A program made the position numbers and the translations under genes. The notes beneath the pieces are model-generated. The model made no database searches and was not told the origin of the DNA. It saw only the letters and a list, made by a program, of their open reading frames with translations. Positions 17,885-26,344 of a stretch of 64,000 nucleotides of DNA are shown here, piece by piece. Each line of letters opens with the position of its first letter. Position 1 is the first letter of the stretch. The stretch spans positions 124,001 through 188,000 of IMG/VR virus record IMGVR_UViG_3300022744_000022; one strand, given 5' to 3'.

Positions 17885-18811
17885 ATGATGAAGACACGCC
17901 GAATCGATTCTCGGGACGAAAACGTTTCTAAGTACGTTTTCGATTTCGACTCAGCCGTAGCTGAGTCGGTGCTGTACAAGTACCCGACCTACGAAGCTCG
18001 TACGGTCATCTGCTGCTCCACGCAGAGCGGTTGCCCAGTGGGCTGCCGTTTCTGCGGGGCAGGAGATGCCTTCGTCCGCTCTCTGACAGCAGACGAAATC
18101 GTGGGACAGGTCCAGCACTTGTTTGCGGACCGCAACATCGACCCCACCAAGGTCGAACGCTGCCAGATCATGTTCATGAGCATGGGCGAGCCGCTCTTGA
18201 ATCTCGCGGGGCTCGCACCTGCAATTCGACGGCTGAACCAACTCTACCCTAAGGCTGCTCTGCTTATCAGCACCTCAGCCCCCAAGGTGGACTACGCTCA
18301 GGTGCGTGACCTCTCGGTAGAGGTTGACAAGGTGGGGCTCCAGTTCTCAGTGCATGAGAGTCTGGATGAGCGCCGTAACGCTCTTGTCCCGTTCAAGGCG
18401 AAGCTGACGCTTGCCGAGATTGCGGTTGAAGGTGAGGCCTGGTTCGAGGCCACGGGCCGTCAGCCCTTCTTCAACTACTGTGCGCATTCCGAGAACGTGT
18501 CGGATCAAGATGCCGACCGGCTCATGGCGCTCTACAAGCCGGGGATCTGGCAAGCCACGATCAGTGTTGTGTGTGAACGCGACGAATCGGTGGCGGCAGC
18601 CAACCAACGGCAACGAGAACTCGCTGCAAACTTCATGACGAAGTTGAGTGAACGAGGCTTCTCCACGCGGTGCTTTGACCCGGCGGGTCAAGACGATATC
18701 GGGGGCGGGTGCGGCCAACTTTGGTTCGTCCAAGATTGGATGCGCCGTCACCCCAAGCTTGCCAAACGCAGTGTGGGTCACGGCCTGCCTGTGATCCACA
18801 CCCCAACCTAA
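17885..18811 (+). CDS. RlmN/Cfr-family radical SAM RNA methyltransferase-like
   Basis: CSTQSGCPVGCRFC, MSMGEPLLN, DIGGGCGQL. Confidence 0.85.
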   Translation: MMKTRRIDSRDENVSKYVFDFDSAVAESVLYKYPTYEARTVICCSTQSGCPVGCRFCGAGDAFVRSLTADEIVGQVQHLFADRNIDPTKVERCQIMFMSMGEPLLNLAGLAPAIRRLNQLYPKAALLISTSAPKVDYAQVRDLSVEVDKVGLQFSVHESLDERRNALVPFKAKLTLAEIAVEGEAWFEATGRQPFFNYCAHSENVSDQDADRLMALYKPGIWQATISVVCERDESVAAANQRQRELAANFMTKLSERGFSTRCFDPAGQDDIGGGCGQLWFVQDWMRRHPKLAKRSVGHGLPVIHTPT

Positions 18812-18825
18812 CAACGGAGAACACC

Positions 18826-18963
18826 ATGGGCGGAGATACGTACCTCGACAAGATTGCAGAAGGCGAAGCAGCGCCGGAACCTCAAACCCCCGAACCCGAG
18901 CCCCAGCCGGTCGGGACGGCGGCACCCCTCGAAACCCCCGAGGCTGAGACCCCTCAGCCGTAA
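18826..18963 (+). CDS. 45-aa acidic Pro/Glu-rich peptide
   Basis: GGAG RBS, MGGDTY start. Confidence 0.55.
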   Translation: MGGDTYLDKIAEGEAAPEPQTPEPEPQPVGTAAPLETPEAETPQP

Positions 18964-18992
18964 GTCAACAACCAACCTGAAAGGCAACTACC

Positions 18993-19970
18993 ATGGGCGG
19001 CACAATGTGGAGCAGTGAGCTGTACGAAGATCGTGCAGCAACCAGAGCAAAGACGGGGACCCCGACGTTTGCTCATGACGCAGCAGTGCGTACGGGCCGA
19101 ACGGCCAAGAAGGCTCACGCCTCGCTTGAGCCGCACGGAGTCAAGGTGCGGGAGTCCAGGGACTCGGACGCACACCCGAATTCGTTGGCTATCGGCGTCG
19201 TCTTTGACGAGACGGGTTCGATGCACACGATTCCGGGCATCGTGCAGAAGAAGCTGACCAAGCTCATGGAGATCCTGCTCGACAAGAAATACTGCGAGGA
19301 CCCTCAGATCCTCGTGGGCGCTGTCGGTGATGCACGCTCGGACAGCGTGTCGTTGCAGATGGGGCAGTTTGAGTCGGGCATCGAGATCGATGAGCAGCTC
19401 GGGCACATCTACCTCGAAGCCAACGGTGGTGGCGGGGAACCCCAGGAAAGCTACCAGAACGCGCTGTACTTCTTCGCCAACAAGACCAGCATCGATTGCT
19501 GGGAGAAGCGGGGCAAGAAGGGCTTCCTGTTCATCATCGGAGACGAGAAGCCCTACGGGGCATCCACGCCGGAGGAGATCAACCGGATCTTCGGCGACGT
19601 GGTGCAAGAGAACGTGCTGACCACGGACTTGGTTCGCAAGGTCAAGGAGCGCTACCACGTCTTCTACCTGATGCCCAGCGGCACCATGCACTACAAGGAG
19701 CCGGGCATCGTCAACGCCTGGAACAGCCTTCTGGGTGCTGAGAACGTGATCATGCTCGATGACCCCAACCTCGTGGCTGAGACCATCGGGGCTACCGTGG
19801 GTATGGTTGAGAATGCGATCTCGCTCGATGCGATGACCACCGATCTCGGTGGCGGCAAGGATGCCCTGGTGGTCCGTGCAGCTCTGGATCGTCTCGCCCC
19901 GGCCGCTGCATCGGCCAAGGGTGGCGTCCCGGCGGCAACGACCAAGGGCGGCTCGAACGTTCGTCTGTGA
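18993..19970 (+). CDS. von Willebrand A (MIDAS) domain protein
   Basis: VVFDETGSM MIDAS; GGGGEPQESY; FIIGDE. Confidence 0.85.
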   Translation: MGGTMWSSELYEDRAATRAKTGTPTFAHDAAVRTGRTAKKAHASLEPHGVKVRESRDSDAHPNSLAIGVVFDETGSMHTIPGIVQKKLTKLMEILLDKKYCEDPQILVGAVGDARSDSVSLQMGQFESGIEIDEQLGHIYLEANGGGGEPQESYQNALYFFANKTSIDCWEKRGKKGFLFIIGDEKPYGASTPEEINRIFGDVVQENVLTTDLVRKVKERYHVFYLMPSGTMHYKEPGIVNAWNSLLGAENVIMLDDPNLVAETIGATVGMVENAISLDAMTTDLGGGKDALVVRAALDRLAPAAASAKGGVPAATTKGGSNVRL

Positions 19971-19975
19971 TCCCT

Positions 19976-20005
19976 AGGGGCCGGGGGCAAGCACCTCCGG
20001 CCCCT
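19976..20005 (+). terminator. GC-rich hairpin after the vWA gene
   Basis: GGGGCCGGGGG-CAAGCA-CCTCCGGCCCC, weak T tail. Confidence 0.45.
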
Positions 20006-20014
20006 TCAAACCCT

Positions 20015-20200
20015 ATGCCAAAACGCAAGTTCAAGAACCCGAAAGCTAAAGCCTGGGACGTTGCCGCTCATGGCCTAGCGGTGTGGCTGGGTGAACGTTG
20101 TTTGGCGAACGACGAAACGGTCCAGCACATCAAAGACCACATCCTCCCGTCCATGAGGCGACGGGCTGAGATCATCGAGAGGAACACCAAACATGGGTAA
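20015..20200 (+). CDS. Small basic protein
   Basis: Start ATG 20015; overlaps next start. Confidence 0.6.
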   Translation: MPKRKFKNPKAKAWDVAAHGLAVWLGERCLANDETVQHIKDHILPSMRRRAEIIERNTKHG

Positions 20201-21521
20201 CGCGATTCTTCTGGCTGGTCTTGGCTTCGGGGATGAGGGCAAGGGCTCCGTCATCGACCACCTTACGCACACCACCGGCGCTACCCTGGTCGTTCGCTAC
20301 AACGGCGGGGCACAAGCGGCCCACAACGTGATTACGAACCGAGGCTTCCACCACACGTTCGCTCAATTTGGATCCGGCACCTTCGCAGGGGCCAAGACTC
20401 ATCTGAGTCGGCACATGCTCGTGAACCCCAACAACCTCTTGAACGAGGCCAAGGCTCTTGAGGGGCTCGGGTTCGACCCCCTGGACCTGATCACTCTTGA
20501 ACGAGACGCCCTCGTCACGAACATGTTCCAGGTAACCGCGAACCGTCTTCGTGAGGCTCACCGTGGGAAAGGGCGTCACGGGTCCTGTGGCCTTGGAATC
20601 GGGGAAACGGTGGCGGATGCTCTCCAGCACCCGGATCAAGCGTTGCGTATCGGTGACCTCCAGGATCGCGAGCTGACCCGCAAGAAGCTCACGTTTTCCC
20701 GTGACCTAAAGTTCGCCGAGTTCGGTGGACGAGGACCTTCTGTAGATCACCCCTTCAGCGATCAGCGTCTTGAATTCTACCTAGACCTCTACGCGGACTT
20801 CGCCAAACGCTATCAAATCGTGGACCGGCAGTACCTTGAGCAGCAGCTCAAGCAAGAAGGCACCGTGATCTTCGAGGGGGCTCAGGGCGTCCTATTGGAT
20901 CAGGACTACGGATTCCACCCGTACACAACGTGGTCCGACACGACCTTCGGCAATGCCCACGACCTGCTCCAAGGGTTCGATGGGCCGGTACGTAAGATTG
21001 GCGTGCTCCGGGGCTACATGACCCGGCACGGTGCGGGACCTTTCCCGACCGAGCTACCTGACGACGTTCGATTGGACTGCGACATCCAAACGGACCTGCA
21101 CAACAAGTGGGGTGAATTTCAACGGCACTTCAGGGTCGGGCATTTCGATGCCGTGTTGGCCCGTTACGCCTTGGAAGTCATTGGGGGTGTGGACGAGTTG
21201 GCGATCACCAACCTCGATAAGCTCGGGGCAAAGCCGCAGATCTGCCCAAGCTACCGTGACGACTTCGGTCGCAAAGTTCACCGCATCGCGCCCAAGAAGC
21301 TCGATGACTTCATGTTGGAACAAGGTGCCCACCACTGGACGCGGATCTTACCCACCTTGAAGCCCAACTACGTGACGCTGCCTGATCGAGTCAGCATCGT
21401 AGACTGCATCGCCGAAGAACTTAGAACCTCTGTGACGCTGTGCTCAGTCGGACCCAAGACCCAGCATAAGTGGCCAACCCGTTACCTCCGAGACCTACAG
21501 GCGAGCCAATGGAACTCCTGA
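20193..21521 (+). CDS. Adenylosuccinate synthetase-like (divergent PurA family)
   Basis: GFGDEGKG, RYNGGAQAAH, FEGAQGVLLD, HPYTTWS. Confidence 0.88.
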   Translation: MGNAILLAGLGFGDEGKGSVIDHLTHTTGATLVVRYNGGAQAAHNVITNRGFHHTFAQFGSGTFAGAKTHLSRHMLVNPNNLLNEAKALEGLGFDPLDLITLERDALVTNMFQVTANRLREAHRGKGRHGSCGLGIGETVADALQHPDQALRIGDLQDRELTRKKLTFSRDLKFAEFGGRGPSVDHPFSDQRLEFYLDLYADFAKRYQIVDRQYLEQQLKQEGTVIFEGAQGVLLDQDYGFHPYTTWSDTTFGNAHDLLQGFDGPVRKIGVLRGYMTRHGAGPFPTELPDDVRLDCDIQTDLHNKWGEFQRHFRVGHFDAVLARYALEVIGGVDELAITNLDKLGAKPQICPSYRDDFGRKVHRIAPKKLDDFMLEQGAHHWTRILPTLKPNYVTLPDRVSIVDCIAEELRTSVTLCSVGPKTQHKWPTRYLRDLQASQWNS

Positions 21522-22705
21522 CCATCGCCACCAACATCAAGGCTGCCAAGTGCCCTGAGGACATCTTCGGTGGCCCTCCGGATGGCAGCACCGTTACGCC
21601 GGTCTACCGCCAGCTCATCCTCGTGATCCACCCTGATCACTTCGATGGAAAGCCCACAGAGCTGGCCACTGCCACGGAAGCATTCCGGCTCCTGGCTCAG
21701 CTCCGGGGTGAGGCCGAACGCAAGATCAAGGCGGGCAAGTACGGCCAGAAGAAGGTCAAGGCACCGCCACCCAAAGAGCCCTTCCGCCCCTCAGTGGTTG
21801 AGGCCAACGGCAAGCGCTACATCTTGACGGATCAGGTTGCCTCGGGGGACCTGTGCGACATCTTCCTGTGTACGATCTCCAACGGATCTGCCGACCACAA
21901 AGCCATTTTTAAGATCGTCAAGAACGGGGCTGACAACGATCTCGTTGAAAACGAGATCAAGGTACTTGCGAAGCTCCACGCGCCTGGGGTCAAGTTCGAC
22001 GAACGCTTTTTCCCGAAAACGAACGACTCGTTCGTCATCCGGGGACCCGGGTTTCAACGTCAAGTCAACGTCCTGTCGTGGTTTCCAGAGCACCGAGGAC
22101 TTGACGAGGTGCTGAGAGTCTTCCCGGACGGCATCGACTACCGTGACATGGTGTGGATGTTCAAACGCATCCTGCACGGCGTAGGGTTCGCCCACGAGAA
22201 CCAGATCGTACACGGGGCCCTGATCCCGCCTCACATCCTGATCCACCCGGTGGACCACGGGGCCAAAATCATCGATTGGTCGTATGCGGTGGACATTACG
22301 CCTAAAGTCAAGGCGGTCAAACCCAAGACTCACCGCAGCCTTTACGACCTCTTGGACGCGGACGACATCCTTACTCCAGACCCGCACGTCAAGGCAATCA
22401 GCGCCGACTACAAGTTGTATTACCCGCCGGAGATCCTTAAGAAAGAGATCCCGACGCCCGCCAGCGACATTTACATGGCAGCCAAGTGTGCGGTAGCCTT
22501 GGTGGGTGGTGACTTGAAAACGAACGCAATGCCCAACGAGATCCCTGGAACTGTCCGGGCCTTCTTTGAGCGTTGCCTTCATGCGGTTCCGGCCAAGCGT
22601 CCGCAGAACATGTGGGACGCCCATGAGGAGCTGGACCGAATCTTGAAAGCAGCCGTGGGCAAACGAACTTACCGACCCTTCCCCATGCCTGAGGTACGCC
22701 CGTGA
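21509..22705 (+). CDS. J-domain-like N-terminus fused to Ser/Thr kinase-like domain
   Basis: YRQLILVIHPD; IFKI...NE; IVHGAL..HILI...IIDWSYA...YYPPE. Confidence 0.8.
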   Translation: MELLTIATNIKAAKCPEDIFGGPPDGSTVTPVYRQLILVIHPDHFDGKPTELATATEAFRLLAQLRGEAERKIKAGKYGQKKVKAPPPKEPFRPSVVEANGKRYILTDQVASGDLCDIFLCTISNGSADHKAIFKIVKNGADNDLVENEIKVLAKLHAPGVKFDERFFPKTNDSFVIRGPGFQRQVNVLSWFPEHRGLDEVLRVFPDGIDYRDMVWMFKRILHGVGFAHENQIVHGALIPPHILIHPVDHGAKIIDWSYAVDITPKVKAVKPKTHRSLYDLLDADDILTPDPHVKAISADYKLYYPPEILKKEIPTPASDIYMAAKCAVALVGGDLKTNAMPNEIPGTVRAFFERCLHAVPAKRPQNMWDAHEELDRILKAAVGKRTYRPFPMPEVRP

Positions 22706-23904
22706 TGATCCGTTATGAAGACCGCCTCGCACAGCTCCGAGAGCTGCCCGTACGGATCTACTGTGCGGCAGCCGGGGCAGGAGCTGGGATTCAACAGATC
22801 CTCTGGAACCCCGTCGGAGCATCGGCCTATCTGGCTGGGGCTGCCTTCCCGTACTCCAAGGAGTTGTCCACAGACTTCTTGGGTTTCCAGCCCCCGAGCT
22901 TTGTGTGCCTTGATGAAGCCATCGACCTCGCGATCTCGTCCTATCTCAAGGCCGACAACGGGGATCCGACCAAGCAGCCCATCGGCCTAGGTTTGACCGC
23001 TGCGGTCGCCACGGCAGTGCAGCACCGTGGGGATCACCGAGTTCACGCGGTCGTGATCACGAGGGATCGTGTGCTTGCCTCGGAGATGACGCTCCCCAAA
23101 GAGGGTCCGCACGTTCGTAACCGAGACGGCAGCATCGCGGACACGCTCGGGATCGAATTGATTTTGGCGGCAGCCAACCTGATCCCCGAGCCCGTCCGAG
23201 AGGCATACTTGGAAGCCACCGACGGACAGTGCCTCAAAGACATCACGCAGAGGGCCCGCCAGCACTTCCTGAGCCGACCGCTGTTTACCCGGTACGGTCA
23301 ACGCCTTGAGGCACCTGCGGGGAACCTGACGCTGTTCCCGGGCAACTTCGACCCGCCTCACGAGGGGCACTTCGCCAACGCGGGCGAAGAAGTGACGTTC
23401 CAGATCACCGCGAGCCCGCCGCACAAGCCGGGTTTGAGCCTCACGGACATGTTGGGCCGCGTTCGCCACTTCCGGCACAAGCGGGACGTGCTGTTCATGG
23501 AAGGCGGGGCACTCTACCTGGAGAAGGCCCGGAGGTTCCCTGGTTCGACTATCATCCTGGGGAGCGATGCCCTCGAACGGATGCTTGATCCCAAGTGGGG
23601 CGTGGAAGTGCTGCCGTTGCTGACCGAGTTCCGCGAGCTGGGGACCAGGTTCAGGGTTGCGACACGTGAGGGGGACGAGTTCGCACGGCTCCCGATCCCA
23701 GGGACCTTCCGAGACATGTTCACTGAGCTGCCCAAAACCCCGTACGCGGGCTTGAGTTCGACGCAGATCAGAGAGGGCGTATTGGCCCCCACCTCTCACG
23801 CGCCCCCCGGCACGGGCCAAGTGTGTGGTGCCGCTAATGATTGCACCCGGTTCAAAGGACACACAGGGCAGCACGCCAATCTCTACAACCAGCGTGTTTG
23901 GTAA
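22702..23904 (+). CDS. CinA/PncC-like domain fused to NMN/NaMN adenylyltransferase-like domain
   Basis: GASAYLAGAAFPYS CinA-C pattern; PGNFDPPHEGH (HxGH) and LSSTQIR. Confidence 0.75.
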   Translation: MMIRYEDRLAQLRELPVRIYCAAAGAGAGIQQILWNPVGASAYLAGAAFPYSKELSTDFLGFQPPSFVCLDEAIDLAISSYLKADNGDPTKQPIGLGLTAAVATAVQHRGDHRVHAVVITRDRVLASEMTLPKEGPHVRNRDGSIADTLGIELILAAANLIPEPVREAYLEATDGQCLKDITQRARQHFLSRPLFTRYGQRLEAPAGNLTLFPGNFDPPHEGHFANAGEEVTFQITASPPHKPGLSLTDMLGRVRHFRHKRDVLFMEGGALYLEKARRFPGSTIILGSDALERMLDPKWGVEVLPLLTEFRELGTRFRVATREGDEFARLPIPGTFRDMFTELPKTPYAGLSSTQIREGVLAPTSHAPPGTGQVCGAANDCTRFKGHTGQHANLYNQRVW

Positions 23905-24531
23905 TCACAAGTCGTCTTCGTCCTCTAGAGCAGCCCACAAGCCGCCGCCGCTGCCCCGGAGTTGGTTCTGCATCACACGTTGAAGTGGTGTGACGGCTTT
24001 GAACATGGCCTCCCGTCCAGAGTCATCGGGGACGGTCAGCGTAAAGAGCATCACGGAGTGCGTTTCATCGAGTAGCGTCAGAAGCCGGGTGCCTTCTTTG
24101 GGGCCAGGATCGAAGATGAAGTGGAGCCGCCAAACCCCACCGCCCGCACCCTGCTGGTTCTGGAACCCAGTCACCACGTGGTAGGGCTCGTCCGAGAGGG
24201 GCTCTGCTTGATACTGCGTCCCAATGGCTCGCAACCGAACGGCGAGATCCGACGAGTTTGCCAGCCCGAGGTTCCGCTCTCTAGTTTCTTGTATCACCTG
24301 CTCGGGGGTCTTCTTCACGGGGACGTGCAGGATCGTCTCCATGTATTCGTGGACACCCTGCGTCACTTTCGCTTTTGGGGTGGCCGTGTAGCTGATCGTC
24401 CGATTCCGTGGGTGCTCTTGGTGTAGTAACCCATTAGCCTTGCCCTGGACCCCCATGGTCCGGATCACGATCACCGTCGGACATTCCTCAGGGTTCAACC
24501 GAATCGGCCTACGTGTGACATCGATGAGCAC
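23905..24531 (-). CDS. Hypothetical protein ending LWAALEDEDDL
   Basis: GGTGTA 9 nt before GTG 24531. Confidence 0.75.
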   Translation of the reverse strand: MLIDVTRRPIRLNPEECPTVIVIRTMGVQGKANGLLHQEHPRNRTISYTATPKAKVTQGVHEYMETILHVPVKKTPEQVIQETRERNLGLANSSDLAVRLRAIGTQYQAEPLSDEPYHVVTGFQNQQGAGGGVWRLHFIFDPGPKEGTRLLTLLDETHSVMLFTLTVPDDSGREAMFKAVTPLQRVMQNQLRGSGGGLWAALEDEDDL

Positions 24532-24555
24532 CCCCTGTACTACACCGAACGGACT

Positions 24556-25110
24556 ATGAAAGACCTCCGGACAACCGAATTTGTGCGCGCCTGGGGCGTC
24601 AAGGATGTGCCCACGGCGTCAGTCTCCCACGGGGCTGTACGTCCAGGCAGTTACCCGGCGTTCGCCTTGCTGGGCTGGGTGGAGCAGCGGAAAGCGGGCT
24701 GGCCCGTCGTGGGGCTCCGCCTGACCTTGCTCCAGAACGAGCTAGACGAGCCTGCTGGCGGGCTCACGATGGGCCTACCGCTCACGCCAAAGAGCGAGCG
24801 GCACGTCTGCTGCTTCTTGCAGGACCTAGGCTGGGATGGCCGCGTGTGGCCGTACAAGGACCATGGGTGGCCCGAGGGTACGCCCGATGAGGACGGCTTG
24901 CTACTCCTACTCAAGGCATCCAAGCTCGGGGCCACCCTGACGTTCCCCTCGGACCCCGAGAAGGGTACCCCGACAGTCAGGATCCCAGTGCTGCAACGAA
25001 CCGGGACCTTCTCGGTGGCACCCTTCGGCGAAGAAATCGTGCCCCGGTACCTCGATGCTCTCAGGACCCTTGCGGCAAACCCCACACCATTCAAATCGGA
25101 TTGGGCATGA
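24556..25110 (+). CDS. Hypothetical protein
   Basis: 184 aa, ATGA coupling to NADAR. Confidence 0.75.
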   Translation: MKDLRTTEFVRAWGVKDVPTASVSHGAVRPGSYPAFALLGWVEQRKAGWPVVGLRLTLLQNELDEPAGGLTMGLPLTPKSERHVCCFLQDLGWDGRVWPYKDHGWPEGTPDEDGLLLLLKASKLGATLTFPSDPEKGTPTVRIPVLQRTGTFSVAPFGEEIVPRYLDALRTLAANPTPFKSDWA

Positions 25111-25613
25111 CCATCAGCTTCTATGGGGAGACCAACGAGCGGTACAGTTGGCTCTCGAACTTCCACGTGGCGATCTTCACACTCCAAGGGCACCAATGGG
25201 CTTCGACGGAACACTTCTACCAAGCCATGAAGTCTGAGGACCCCGAGGTTCAGCTCCAGATCAGGAGCGCCGCGACCCCGGGACAGGCTAAGCGGTTGGG
25301 TTCCAAGTGTGAACGGCGTGCTGATTGGGAAGAACCCGTAGGTACCCCTGCGTTGCACGACATTTTTCGAGATGACCGGGGGATCGTGGTGGAACTCGTG
25401 AAGGACCACTTCATGTACCAAGCGCTCACCGCGAAGTTCACGCAACGTCCCGAGCTACGTGAGGCGTTGATCTTGACGGGCACTGAGGAGCTGCAAGAAG
25501 CCTCACCCAAGGACTACTACTGGGGCGTGGGAGCCGACGGTTCGGGGCAGAACAAGCTCGGTCGAATGCTCCAGCTCGTGCGGGCTCAACTACCGAACCG
25601 CTGGTCACCGTAG
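25107..25613 (+). CDS. NADAR (YbiA-like) family N-glycosidase
   Basis: WLSNF...STEHFYQAMK...AKF.Q...L..TG...E.SP.D.YWG.G..G.GQNKLGRML. Confidence 0.92.
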   Translation: MTISFYGETNERYSWLSNFHVAIFTLQGHQWASTEHFYQAMKSEDPEVQLQIRSAATPGQAKRLGSKCERRADWEEPVGTPALHDIFRDDRGIVVELVKDHFMYQALTAKFTQRPELREALILTGTEELQEASPKDYYWGVGADGSGQNKLGRMLQLVRAQLPNRWSP

Positions 25614-25880
25614 GCGTTGAGCCGTGAAACCGTTCAGGTAGACTTTCGCCTGAGCCCCGCCAAGTGTCCCGATTTGAATGTACGCCTTGCAGCAAGGGAC
25701 CGCGACGATCTCTGCTTCGCGCAAAATCCCGCGAGACGCCACATCGATCAAAACCTCTACGGGTTGAGTGAACCCCGAGGGCCATCGGATGTAGAGGCGA
25801 TCCCCGGCCTTGAGTGTTACCCCATCGAGGCTGTCATGGTACCCATCGTCCTGTTGGACAGTCACGACCTTGCTCGCCAA
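25605..25880 (-). CDS. Hypothetical protein
   Basis: 91 aa, coherent codon bias. Confidence 0.6.
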   Translation of the reverse strand: MASKVVTVQQDDGYHDSLDGVTLKAGDRLYIRWPSGFTQPVEVLIDVASRGILREAEIVAVPCCKAYIQIGTLGGAQAKVYLNGFTAQRLR

Positions 25881-25882
25881 AA

Positions 25883-26281
25883 CTAGCCCTCGTCATCATC
25901 TCGCCGCCGGTCTTTGACACGGGGCATTGGCGTAGTGCTACGGGGTCTGGGTTGTGGGGTTGGGATCCGTTGCGTGGGCTGGGACGGGGTGCGAGGCCGA
26001 ACAACAGGCATCGGCCCGGCCGGTGTCGGGGTTCTGACTGCCTGCATACCACGTGGGGGTGTCAACGAGCGTACTGGGGGTTCGGTGGGGCGATCATGCT
26101 CGTGTTCACCCCCACGCTTGAACGCCTCCAGCAAACCCCGGGTGACGACGGACTCGACCTCAACCGACAGATGCTCCTGCGTGGTGCGCGCCTCTTGAGC
26201 CACCGCGTTGAGCACGATCTCGATCAGGTCTGCGATGTGACTGTGGGCAGTCATAGCCGGTCTTTCCCGGCGGTCAGGCAC
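25883..26281 (-). CDS. Hypothetical protein with Pro/Thr-rich tail
   Basis: Start GTG 26281 or ATG 26254. Confidence 0.65.
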   Translation of the reverse strand: MPDRRERPAMTAHSHIADLIEIVLNAVAQEARTTQEHLSVEVESVVTRGLLEAFKRGGEHEHDRPTEPPVRSLTPPRGMQAVRTPTPAGPMPVVRPRTPSQPTQRIPTPQPRPRSTTPMPRVKDRRRDDDEG

Positions 26282-26344
26282 GGACTTGAGTCGTCGGTAT
26301 GGCCGCTCGACTTACCAGACGCGACCGTGCCAGGGGCGTGCTGG

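Noticed and set aside
17885-18811. Cfr antibiotic-resistance gene
   Set aside because: Motifs alone cannot separate Cfr from RlmN-like paralogues; a phylogeny is needed.
20193-21521. PurZ / 2-aminoadenine (Z) genome
   Set aside because: It retains the PurA-type Asp in GDEGKG, where PurZ has Ser, and no datZ or mazZ partner is recognisable.
22702-23300. Active PncC NMN deamidase
   Set aside because: The Ser and Lys expected in PncC motifs are not evident (AAAGAGAG; YSKELS), so only the fold is claimed.
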